IMG/VR virus record: IMGVR_UViG_3300035670_000192 | Coordinates: 1,194-65,193 of that record | Reading direction: 5' to 3' (one strand) | Length of the DNA: 64,000 bases | From: a virus | Lineage: Duplodnaviria; Caudoviricetes | Shown here: in pieces, positions 57,074 to 64,000 of the stretch | Numbering within the stretch: position 1 is the stretch's first letter | Layout of the letters: every line of letters starts with the position of its first letter | Program-made: the position numbers and the translations under genes | Notes under the pieces: model-generated | The model's input: only the letters and a program-made list of their open reading frames with translations | The model's database searches: none | Told to the model about the DNA's origin: nothing

Positions 57074-58675
57074 ATGTCAAATGTAGTTCATGGGGTCATC
57101 CCCAATATCCCTCTTCCCGTAACAAAGACGCTGACGATCTTTGAATATAATAACGGGATCAATGACGGCACATACAACATCGACCCTGTCGGTCAACGTC
57201 TCAGTACAGACAATTCTCAGGAAACAAAATCCCAAGCAATTGTCGTATCCATCATAGATGGTTCAGACGTTGGTGAAATTTCTTTCCGTTGTTACAAGTG
57301 TACAAATAAAGAAACTGGTCGCGAAGAAGAAGTTTACGAAATCATCGACGGTAGTCACCGTTCTCGAGCAATCAACAAATTCATCTCGGGTAAGATTCGT
57401 ATTCCTTCCGACTGTAAAGTTGTTGTCAAATTGGCTTCTGGTGAGAAGGTTTCAATCGCTGGTTTGCGATATAGAGATCTTCCGCAAGAGTTAAAAGACT
57501 TCTTCAACTTCTATGTGGTGCGTCTTTGCATTTATCCAAACGCAACGGCAAAGCAAGCAGCAAAACTCTTTCAGAATAAGAACAACACGACTTCGGTCAA
57601 TCACCAAGAGATGTTGAATTCTAACTCTGAGAATCTTGTTGCTATCGCTGTTCGTGAAATTGCGCGCAAATTGTACAATCATACGCCGCAGTACAATATG
57701 CACGAACTCTTTCAAGAGCGAATCATCACGAAGGGTGTCTCTGCTGGTGAGAAGAAACCGAAGTATCTTGCTTATCCAAACAAGCGTCTTTGCTATGATG
57801 AGTTTGTTGCAATTTTGTTCATCTATGCTATTGAGAACGGATTGACGAAAGCATCATACGAAGATCTTGAAAATCTTTACACCGTATATGGTGATGAGGA
57901 TAATGGTAAGTTCTTAGACGATAAGAAATTCTTGTCAAGCACTGTTGATCGAGTTAATGGTTGTTTGGACTTCTTGGTCAAACTCGGTGAGGCATACATT
58001 TGCGATATATCAACAAAGGGTATGACTCTGGATCGCGTTGTAATGGCTGCTCGATATTACTGGTGGTTGAAGTCGCAAGGAAAGGATTTTAAATTGTCCA
58101 ATCCATCTGTCTTTGTTCAAGTTTTGACTGGAGCACTGACTGCTCTTGTTGGTAAACCTGGTAGCAATTCTGTACCTGCTGCTGACAAGTGGGTTAACAC
58201 TCTGGTTGATGCAAAGAAGTTCTCGCTTCCTGAAGGTGAACCGATTCCTGTTTCATCTAAGATGCGCGAATGGATGAGCGGTTACAATGCTGATGGTGAA
58301 CGTGTTCGACAAACGGTCTTGTGGCTTGAAGAAGCAATGCAGGACTATTGTGCAGAGCATAATTTGGATAACGTTGGTCTTACGTTCAAGGACACCGTTC
58401 GTGGATTCTCTTTCGCAGTTCGCGAGGCTGCTCTGGCGCGTCAAGGATTCCGTTGCTGGGTTACTGGTGAACCGCTGTCAATGGATAACGCTGATGCGGG
58501 TCACATCGTTGCGCATGCTGAAGGTGGTCCAACTAAACTGGAAAACTGTGCCATGATTCGCAAGGATCTGAATAAGGCAATGGGCTCTACAAACGCACGT
58601 GAATGGCGTCGTATGTGGCGTCAAGCCAATGGTTTAGATGTGAACGTTCCTCCTGCTGGTGAGGAGACCAAGTAA
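57074..58675 (+). CDS. DUF262 (ParB/GmrS-like) + HNH protein, GmrSD-like
   Basis: GQR, EIIDGSHR, LFQNKN; C-terminal RCWVTG…DAGHIVAHAEGGPT…N…N. Confidence 0.75.
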   Translation: MSNVVHGVIPNIPLPVTKTLTIFEYNNGINDGTYNIDPVGQRLSTDNSQETKSQAIVVSIIDGSDVGEISFRCYKCTNKETGREEEVYEIIDGSHRSRAINKFISGKIRIPSDCKVVVKLASGEKVSIAGLRYRDLPQELKDFFNFYVVRLCIYPNATAKQAAKLFQNKNNTTSVNHQEMLNSNSENLVAIAVREIARKLYNHTPQYNMHELFQERIITKGVSAGEKKPKYLAYPNKRLCYDEFVAILFIYAIENGLTKASYEDLENLYTVYGDEDNGKFLDDKKFLSSTVDRVNGCLDFLVKLGEAYICDISTKGMTLDRVVMAARYYWWLKSQGKDFKLSNPSVFVQVLTGALTALVGKPGSNSVPAADKWVNTLVDAKKFSLPEGEPIPVSSKMREWMSGYNADGERVRQTVLWLEEAMQDYCAEHNLDNVGLTFKDTVRGFSFAVREAALARQGFRCWVTGEPLSMDNADAGHIVAHAEGGPTKLENCAMIRKDLNKAMGSTNAREWRRMWRQANGLDVNVPPAGEETK

Positions 58676-58911
58676 TGAAACAGTTGAAAGTTGCGATTAA
58701 GAACTTTGAAGAGTCGATGAAGAATGTAGAAGTACCACCGTGCTTCGATTCTAAACTCGAATATTTGTTCTGGCTTGAAGGTGAGAAAGAAGCACCAACA
58801 CAACCACCAAGATTCATCTGTCGTGATTGTGATGTTTCTTATCAACGAAAGATGATAAAGCAAGGTCGATGTTTCAACAAAGAGATCGACTTGAGGAAGA
58901 TCACTAAATGA
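58675..58911 (+). CDS. Small Cys-containing hypothetical protein
   Basis: PPCF…CRDC…GRC. Confidence 0.6.
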   Translation: MKQLKVAIKNFEESMKNVEVPPCFDSKLEYLFWLEGEKEAPTQPPRFICRDCDVSYQRKMIKQGRCFNKEIDLRKITK

Positions 58912-59081
58912 AAATGAAATATTTCATACAAATGCAATACACTAACGGATTTCGTTACACTGTTGTTGAGGCTGATTCGGAAGAGGAAGCCAAGAAGTTA
59001 GCAAGAAGTGAAATTAAAAAGAAAGACGTTATTGATTGTGTTGTTATTGAGGCTGAAAAGTTACAGCAAAATAATTCATAA
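58908..59081 (+). CDS. 57-aa hypothetical protein (not in the ORF track)
   Basis: MKMKYFIQ…VVEADSEEEAKK; GAGG RBS; ATGA overlap. Confidence 0.6.
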   Translation: MKMKYFIQMQYTNGFRYTVVEADSEEEAKKLARSEIKKKDVIDCVVIEAEKLQQNNS

Positions 59082-59238
59082 AAGTGATTGATTTTCAGGA
59101 CATGCTTACTATATAATTTGCTTATGGTGTTAAGTATGAATTCCTGGAGTGTTTCGCTACTCCCTCGCAATGATGAGGTAGGACAAAGTCCCAAGGTGCC
59201 CTTGAATTCCCCTCCCGCACCGAAAAACGCGAACCTTT

Positions 59239-59298
59239 TAAGTCATTGATTTTATTAGTATTTTTAACGTTTACGAAACAGCCTTATTCTGCTATAAT
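59239..59298 (+). promoter_or_regulatory. IHF box + sigma70 promoter of the tRNA cluster
   Basis: TAAGTCATTGATT at 59239; TTTACG(59270)-N17-TATAAT(59293). Confidence 0.75.
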
Positions 59299-59366
59299 AG
59301 TCTTATAAGGTTGATGAAGGAAGTCCCTGCGACTCTCCTGTTCTTTAAAAGATGAATTTTATGATT

Positions 59367-59442
59367 GCCGCTGTAGCACAACTGGTAGTGCACCTGATTT
59401 GTAATCAGGGGGTTGTAGGTTCAAGTCCTATCGGCGGCACCA
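59367..59442 (+). tRNA. tRNA-Thr(TGT)
   Basis: Cloverleaf; cctga-ttTGTaa-tcagg; CCA end. Confidence 0.95.
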
Positions 59443-59448
59443 ATTTAT

Positions 59449-59523
59449 GTTCCCTTCATCTAGCGGTAAGGATATCGCCCTTTCACGGCGGGTACACGAG
59501 TTCGAATCTCGTAGGGAACGCCA
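59449..59523 (+). tRNA. tRNA-Glu(TTC)
   Basis: cgcc-ctTTCac-ggcg; GTTCGAAT; CCA. Confidence 0.95.
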
Positions 59524-59543
59524 TATTTTTGTTATGAGATTTT

Positions 59544-59617
59544 GGGACCATAGCTGGAAGGTCTAGCATAGGACTTTTAATCCTTCGACGAGGGTTCGAT
59601 TCCCTCTGGTCCTACCA
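59544..59617 (+). tRNA. tRNA-Lys(TTT)
   Basis: agga-ctTTTaa-tcct; CCA. Confidence 0.9.
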
Positions 59618-59629
59618 TTTTGTGATTGT

Positions 59630-59705
59630 TCCGCAGTAGTTCAATTGGTAGAATCCTGGTCTCCAAAACCAGTTGTTGGCGGTTCGAGTCCGTCCTGCGG
59701 ACCCA
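59630..59705 (+). tRNA. tRNA-Trp(CCA)
   Basis: ctggt-ctCCAaa-accag; CCA. Confidence 0.92.
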
Positions 59706-59710
59706 GTTTT

Positions 59711-59785
59711 TGGCGAGTAGATCAGAGGTAGATCAGCTGACTGTTAATCAGCCTGTCGCAGGTTCGATCCCTGCCTCGCCAGCCA
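59711..59785 (+). tRNA. tRNA-Asn(GTT)
   Basis: gctga-ctGTTaa-tcagc; CCA. Confidence 0.95.
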
Positions 59786-59789
59786 TCTT

Positions 59790-59955
59790 GGTGCTTGCAG
59801 GGAATTCACTGTGAGTCATCCGTTGGTGCAAAGACTTTTCCGTTTGAATAGCACCAACGATATATGAGGTTGAACGGAATGCATTCTATGTTGCGTGGGG
59901 GCATAGATAAGAATAATCCAGTAGCGTGAGAATTCGCGAACGATAGCCCACGCCA
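59790..59955 (+). ncRNA. Candidate structured RNA: hairpin plus two pseudoknots, ending in CCA
   Basis: Pairings 59821-29/59851-59, 59838-47/59870-79, 59885-92/59900-07 and 59893-99/59947-53. Confidence 0.55.
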
Positions 59956-59960
59956 TTTTT

Positions 59961-60035
59961 GGGGAACTAGTGCTAACGGGAACACGCTGCGTTTGCATCG
60001 CAGAGTTTGGGGTTCGATTCCCCAGTTCTCCACCA
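59961..60035 (+). tRNA. tRNA-Ala(TGC)
   Basis: ctgcg-ttTGCat-cgcag; G3:U70; CCA. Confidence 0.95.
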
Positions 60036-60039
60036 AAAC

Positions 60040-60250
60040 GTTCCGACTCATAATCGGATAGTGTGCGTCCGCACGATGAGAAGCGAGATCATGACTCGCA
60101 GGACCTTACCCTTGGGTTGAAAAGGGCGCTGGCAATGCGACAATCCTCTTTGGTCGTGAAGTGGATGGAAGGACTGCGTGATGGCATTAGTACCCGTAAG
60201 GTAGAGACTAGTGCTTGATGGTCTAAGTTACCACCGCAAAGAGGAAGCAA
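60040..60250 (+). ncRNA. Candidate multi-stem structured RNA (possibly manA-motif-like)
   Basis: At least six helices and a potential pseudoknot (CTCAT loop with ATGAG); GC-rich, noncoding, between tRNAs. Confidence 0.6.
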
Positions 60251-60259
60251 CTAATTAAC

Positions 60260-60334
60260 GCTGGATGTGGCGAGCAGTAATGTGTCGCCTTCATCGGATG
60301 CCCAGAACGAGCAAACCCAGTTGTCTCATCCAGC
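60260..60334 (+). ncRNA. Candidate small structured RNA (possibly abiF-motif-like)
   Basis: Closing stem GCTGGATG/CATCCAGC with inner hairpin GGCGA…TCGCC. Confidence 0.45.
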
Positions 60335-60343
60335 ACTTATTAT

Positions 60344-60417
60344 TGAGGAGTCGTCTAACGGCAGGACAGCAGGTTTTGATCCTGCTTATCGTGGTTCGAA
60401 TCCATGCTCCTCAGCCA
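60344..60417 (+). tRNA. tRNA-Gln(TTG)
   Basis: gcagg-ttTTGat-cctgc; CCA. Confidence 0.95.
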
Positions 60418-60424
60418 AAATTAT

Positions 60425-60511
60425 GGACAGGTGGGAGAGCGGTTAAATCCAATTGACTGTAAATCAATCACCCAACGGGTTACGCTAGTTCGAATCTAGC
60501 CCTGTCCACCA
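60425..60511 (+). tRNA. tRNA-Tyr(GTA)
   Basis: attga-ctGTAaa-tcaat; long variable arm; CCA. Confidence 0.95.
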
Positions 60512-60515
60512 TTTT

Positions 60516-60590
60516 GTGACGGTGGCTGAAAAGTGAGGCGAGAGTCTGCAAAACTCTTCTATGCTGGTGCGAATCCAGTCCGTCACTCCA
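60516..60590 (+). tRNA. tRNA-Cys(GCA)
   Basis: agagt-ctGCAaa-actct; U73; atypical T-loop TGCGAAT. Confidence 0.9.
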
Positions 60591-60594
60591 TTTC

Positions 60595-60671
60595 GGGACA
60601 ATGGCACAGTTGGTTAGCGCACAGTCCTGATAAGACTGAGGTCGATGGTTCGAATCCATCTTGTCCCACCA
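60595..60671 (+). tRNA. tRNA-Ile(GAT)
   Basis: cagtc-ctGATaa-gactg; CCA. Confidence 0.95.
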
Positions 60672-60677
60672 GTTTAT

Positions 60678-60753
60678 GCACGGTTGGTCTGAGAGGTTAA
60701 GCGACACCTTTACACGGTGTATCATGTAGGTTCGAGTCCTACACCGTGCACCA
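60678..60753 (+). tRNA. tRNA-Val(TAC)
   Basis: acacc-ttTACac-ggtgt; CCA. Confidence 0.92.
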
Positions 60754-60841
60754 ACATTTAATATAATCTTAACGGAGATTAATCTTCTTGGGGATAAATA
60801 GGTTTGTGTTCGAACAATTAAATCCTCCAGGAGACCGACAA

Positions 60842-61486
60842 ATGAGACTACACGATCTTGCCGTAAGACTCGCTGCTGTTGAATCCAAGTTAGCCACACT
60901 AACTGGCACAGTTGCAAATACAGATATTATCGATGATGTTGCTGAATTCGATCAAAGACTTTCAGTAGTTGAAGTTCAAGTTGACCAATTGATTGCTCTT
61001 AAGACACAAGAACAAGTTGCTGTGCTTGTTGCTGCCCCAGCAGCCGCCGCAACCATCGCTGTTGAAGAAGTTGTTCTTCTCTCACCAAGTGCTGAAGATT
61101 CAGAAGCAGTTCTTGTTGTTGAAGATGTTCTTCATGCTCAACATGAAGCCGAGGCAATTGACAATCCAGAAGTTGCAGTTGTTGTCGCTGCTGCCGTTGC
61201 TGCAGTTGTTGCTGCTGATCCAGAAGTTGTGAAGGATCCAGAAGCAGTTGCTGTGCTCATCAAGGAAGCAGTTGCCGAAGCACCAGTTCCATCTGCTGAA
61301 GCAGTTGTTGCCACAGCAGAGGCTGTCGCTGCAGTTGTTGCTGCTGCTACAGGTGCCGAAGTTGCTCCAGAAGTTAAGGAAGAACTTGCAGTTGCAGTTG
61401 CTGCTCCTGCTGATCCAGTTCTTGATGGTCTTGAAGCACGTTTGGCAGTTGCGGAAGCAAAGGTCGATAGTCTATTGGGAAAATAA
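60842..61486 (+). CDS. Ala/Val/Glu-rich helical protein
   Basis: AGGAG RBS before ATG 60842; GATAAATA upstream; three RLxxxE motifs. Confidence 0.75.
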   Translation: MRLHDLAVRLAAVESKLATLTGTVANTDIIDDVAEFDQRLSVVEVQVDQLIALKTQEQVAVLVAAPAAAATIAVEEVVLLSPSAEDSEAVLVVEDVLHAQHEAEAIDNPEVAVVVAAAVAAVVAADPEVVKDPEAVAVLIKEAVAEAPVPSAEAVVATAEAVAAVVAAATGAEVAPEVKEELAVAVAAPADPVLDGLEARLAVAEAKVDSLLGK

Positions 61487-61534
61487 TATCAGGTGTTCGA
61501 AGTTTGATTCGACGCCTGTTTTAATATATGATAG

Positions 61535-61563
61535 AGAGGGAGCCAAGTGCTCCCTCTTTTTTT
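61535..61563 (+). terminator. Rho-independent terminator
   Basis: AGAGGGAGC-caagt-GCTCCCTCT followed by a T run. Confidence 0.85.
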
Positions 61564-61640
61564 GCGGTCGTAGCACAATCGGATAGTGCAAGAGATTTCT
61601 AATCTCTAGGTTGGGGGTTCGAGTCCCTCCGATCGCGCCA
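61564..61640 (+). tRNA. tRNA-Arg(TCT)
   Basis: agaga-ttTCTaa-tctct; CCA. Confidence 0.93.
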
Positions 61641-61654
61641 GTTTGGAGTATCAT

Positions 61655-61882
61655 ATGAAAAAGTATATTCATGTCAATCAGCACGTCATTCGTGCAAATA
61701 AAAAGAACAATGAGAATAATCCTGTGCTTACCATTAAGGAAGGCAGGAAGAATACTTATTGTCATCGTGTAAAGATACATGGACCAAGTGAAGTTGTGTA
61801 TTCAGGAAATGACAAATTACTTCTTCCTTGTGGCGCAAGAGTTGCTGTAGTTACAGAAAGCGAAATTGAAATTATAGAATGA
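61655..61882 (+). CDS. Conserved phage hypothetical protein
   Basis: IHVNQHVIRAN…PVLTIK…CGARV pattern. Confidence 0.7.
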   Translation: MKKYIHVNQHVIRANKKNNENNPVLTIKEGRKNTYCHRVKIHGPSEVVYSGNDKLLLPCGARVAVVTESEIEIIE

Positions 61883-62568
61883 AAGTTTTTATCGGATACG
61901 ATGAAAAAGAAAAAATTGCAGCGGAAGTGTGCGAATATCGGCTGAAGCAGTTTAATTCAAATTTAGAAATCGTTTTCCTTAAACAAGAAGAGTTAAGAAA
62001 ACAGAGAGTATACTATCGCGAAAACGATTCTTTGAGTTCTACCGAATTCGCGTTTACAAGATTTTTAGTTCCTGCTTTGTGTGAATATAAAGGTTGGGCT
62101 CTATACATAGATTGCGACTTTTTATTTCTTGAGGATGCTTCCAATCTCTTAAAACAAACAGACGATAAGTATGCGGTAATGGTAGTAAAACACAACTATC
62201 AACCTAACACATCATATAAAATGGATAACCAAAAACAATTTCTATACCCAAGAAAGAATTGGTCGTCGTTGATTCTCTGGAATTGTGCGCATCCTTTAAA
62301 TAGAGAATTGACAATTGACTTAGTCAATTCTTCCAGTGCGCAATTCCTACATAGGTTTTCTTGGCTGACTGATGATGTGATTGGAGAAATTTCACACGAA
62401 TGGAATTGGTTAGTCGGTTGGTATAAAGAACCAAAAGATGGTGCACCAAAAGCATTACACTTCACGGAAGGTGGTCCTTGGTTTAAGGGCTATGAAAAGT
62501 GCGAGTATTATGAATTGTGGAATGAAGCGTTGAATGATTTTTCAAAACGAACACAAACAAAATTTTAA
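61879..62568 (+). CDS. Glycosyltransferase (GT-A fold, GT8-like)
   Basis: FIGYD, STEFAFTRFLVP, DCD, YPRKNWSS and HFTEGGPW motifs. Confidence 0.85.
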   Translation: MKVFIGYDEKEKIAAEVCEYRLKQFNSNLEIVFLKQEELRKQRVYYRENDSLSSTEFAFTRFLVPALCEYKGWALYIDCDFLFLEDASNLLKQTDDKYAVMVVKHNYQPNTSYKMDNQKQFLYPRKNWSSLILWNCAHPLNRELTIDLVNSSSAQFLHRFSWLTDDVIGEISHEWNWLVGWYKEPKDGAPKALHFTEGGPWFKGYEKCEYYELWNEALNDFSKRTQTKF

Positions 62569-63010
62569 ACTCGTTCATACATATCTAAGATATGATGAGT
62601 TGAATTTCCCCGAGCGCGACCAGATTTGGTGGGACACTTGTGCGCATGAGGGCTATCAAATAGCCATCGAAAAAATGAAAGCAGAAATCCTAGACCCAAA
62701 CATCGGTCTCAAGTATCCGATTTGTGTTAAGTATATGGAAGATGGGAGTTATCATGTTGAGCATGGCGGGAAAAGGTATGAAGCCTGTAAGCAACTGAAA
62801 CTGGAAAAAGTGAATTGTCTTATTATGTATCGAGAAAAGCATTGGGATAAAATAAAAGAACCTGATAAGATCATTCAAAGTTTCGATCGATTATGTGAAA
62901 TTCACAACAATCATATTGAAAGAATTTTTATGACAAATTCAACGTTTATGATTTGGGTGTACGATAGAAAAAATTGGTTTGCAGATGATTTCAAAAAAAG
63001 AAATAGTTGA
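62534..63010 (+). CDS. ParB/Srx-like domain protein
   Basis: GLKYPICV…VEHGGKRYEACKQL. Confidence 0.55.
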   Translation: MIFQNEHKQNFKLVHTYLRYDELNFPERDQIWWDTCAHEGYQIAIEKMKAEILDPNIGLKYPICVKYMEDGSYHVEHGGKRYEACKQLKLEKVNCLIMYREKHWDKIKEPDKIIQSFDRLCEIHNNHIERIFMTNSTFMIWVYDRKNWFADDFKKRNS

Positions 63011-63533
63011 ATTTATCAACGATAGAGATATATTAATCGTTGGTTCGGCAGTAGATTTAAGCAACACTAAAATTGAATTTGATGGTGTTGTTGTTCGTCT
63101 TAACACAAGTCGTCGTTGGGGTGAATGTGACATATGGTTTTTAAATACTGGAACCGATGATCGCGAATTTCATAAAAGTAAAAATGCTATGAATGAAAAA
63201 TATATTATTCGCGGCACAGGAACAAATAAAGGTTTCAACATGAAAAAGATTCCCTTAGAGTGGTATGACCATACTCACTTCTGGGAGGTTGAAGCGTGGG
63301 AAGCCATGGTCGAAGAAATTAAAATTCCAAGACCAACAACTGGAACCATAGCAACATATTGGTTTCATAAGTACACGAACAGTAAGTTGTTTCTTTTGAA
63401 TTTTGATTTTTATGAACGTTATAAACGCAACATTGTTCGTAATTTGCCCATGGCTCCCGTACATAATCCTCAACTGGATAAAAGATACATTCAATCTTTA
63501 GATCGAATTGAATTCCTTTACACCTATCAATGA
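62985..63533 (+). CDS. GT29 (sialyltransferase)-like protein
   Basis: ILIVGS, VVVRLN, PTTG, FDFY and a C-terminal His, resembling sialylmotifs L, S and VS. Confidence 0.6.
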   Translation: MISKKEIVEFINDRDILIVGSAVDLSNTKIEFDGVVVRLNTSRRWGECDIWFLNTGTDDREFHKSKNAMNEKYIIRGTGTNKGFNMKKIPLEWYDHTHFWEVEAWEAMVEEIKIPRPTTGTIATYWFHKYTNSKLFLLNFDFYERYKRNIVRNLPMAPVHNPQLDKRYIQSLDRIEFLYTYQ

Positions 63534-63534
63534 C

Positions 63535-63610
63535 GGGACTATAGCATAACGGTTAATGCAGCGAACTCATAATTCGTTGAGTCTTGGTTCGAATCCAAGT
63601 GGTCCCACCA
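63535..63610 (+). tRNA. tRNA with CAT anticodon (Ile2 or elongator Met)
   Basis: gcgaa-ctCATaa-ttcgt; paired G1:C72, so not an initiator; CCA. Confidence 0.9.
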
Positions 63611-63618
63611 AATTTAAG

Positions 63619-63647
63619 TTTACTTGTAAGCATACATAGAGTATAAT
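63619..63647 (+). promoter_or_regulatory. Sigma70-type promoter
   Basis: TTTACT-N17-TATAAT, just before tRNA-Pro. Confidence 0.7.
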
Positions 63648-63656
63648 ATATGAATA

Positions 63657-63730
63657 CGGACAGTAGCACAGCCTGGTAGTGCATCTGCTTTGGGAGCAGA
63701 GGGTCGGAGGTTCGAATCCTCTCTGTCCGA
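63657..63730 (+). tRNA. tRNA-Pro(TGG), CCA not encoded
   Basis: tctgc-ttTGGga-gcaga; C1:G72, A73. Confidence 0.93.
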
Positions 63731-63753
63731 AATTTTTAAAACTGGAGATCGTT

Positions 63754-64000
63754 ATGGCTAATCATGTAAATACTTCGGTTCGATTTGATAAACTCAGCGA
63801 TGCTGGTAAAGCAAAGTTACAAGAACTCTATTCGCGCATTCAACCAGAAGAAAAAGGTTATGAATGGTTCAGCGACATCTTCGGTCTTGATAAAGAAGTC
63901 ACTAATCTGTATGAATGGAATCTAGAAAACGTTGGTCCGAAGTGGTGTCACTTCGAAGATCGCGGTGATGATTATTTCAATACAGTTTCTGCTTGGAGTT
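63754..64000 (+). CDS. Hypothetical protein, partial (DUF1281/YubB-like)
   Basis: GGAG RBS; MANHV…EWNLENVGPKW…SAWS; runs off the window. Confidence 0.55.
   Translation, partial: MANHVNTSVRFDKLSDAGKAKLQELYSRIQPEEKGYEWFSDIFGLDKEVTNLYEWNLENVGPKWCHFEDRGDDYFNTVSAWS

Noticed and set aside
59141-59235. Hammerhead ribozyme (TGATGA and GTTTCG present)
   Set aside because: The core elements are on opposite strands and CTGATGA lacks its C
59786-59955. tmRNA or theta/HDV-like ribozyme
   Set aside because: No T-arm, Ala acceptor stem or tag ORF; no nested P3/L3 and no start at a tRNA 3' end
59352-60917. Short ORFs across the tRNA cluster
   Set aside because: They overlap clear tRNA genes and structured RNAs
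1-64000. Stop-codon reassignment
   Set aside because: Core genes are intact in the standard code, TAA/TGA/TAG all terminate genes, and no suppressor tRNA is seen

Overview
This is a 64-kb segment of a large T4-like myovirus genome, standard genetic code, with essentially all genes on the + strand. Spanins and IHF boxes point to a Gram-negative, probably proteobacterial, host. Gene order: end of gp43 polymerase, uvsX, gp41 helicase; zincin and nuclease-like genes; a dTDP-rhamnose pathway (RmlB, RmlA and a plant/giant-virus-type epimerase-reductase); a late cluster of proteins carrying T4-like capsid-targeting leaders and repeated prohead-protease-like sites (ligase-fold protein, nucleotidyltransferase-kinase, modular polyproteins, Dps); a lysis cassette with a GH19+M15 endolysin; a 16-kb array of modular Gly-rich/IPT/LamG fibre genes sharing an N-terminal peptide; an exported Asn/Thr-repeat protein cluster; SNase and spanins; primase, ThyX, NrdJ; multi-domain glycosyl/methyl-transferases; a GIY-YIG endonuclease; an early region with IHF-phased sigma70 promoters; a GmrSD-like gene; and 14 tRNA genes interleaved with several structured non-tRNA RNAs. 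No CRISPR array, integrase or reverse transcriptase was seen. Family names come from motif recognition by eye, not from database searches.
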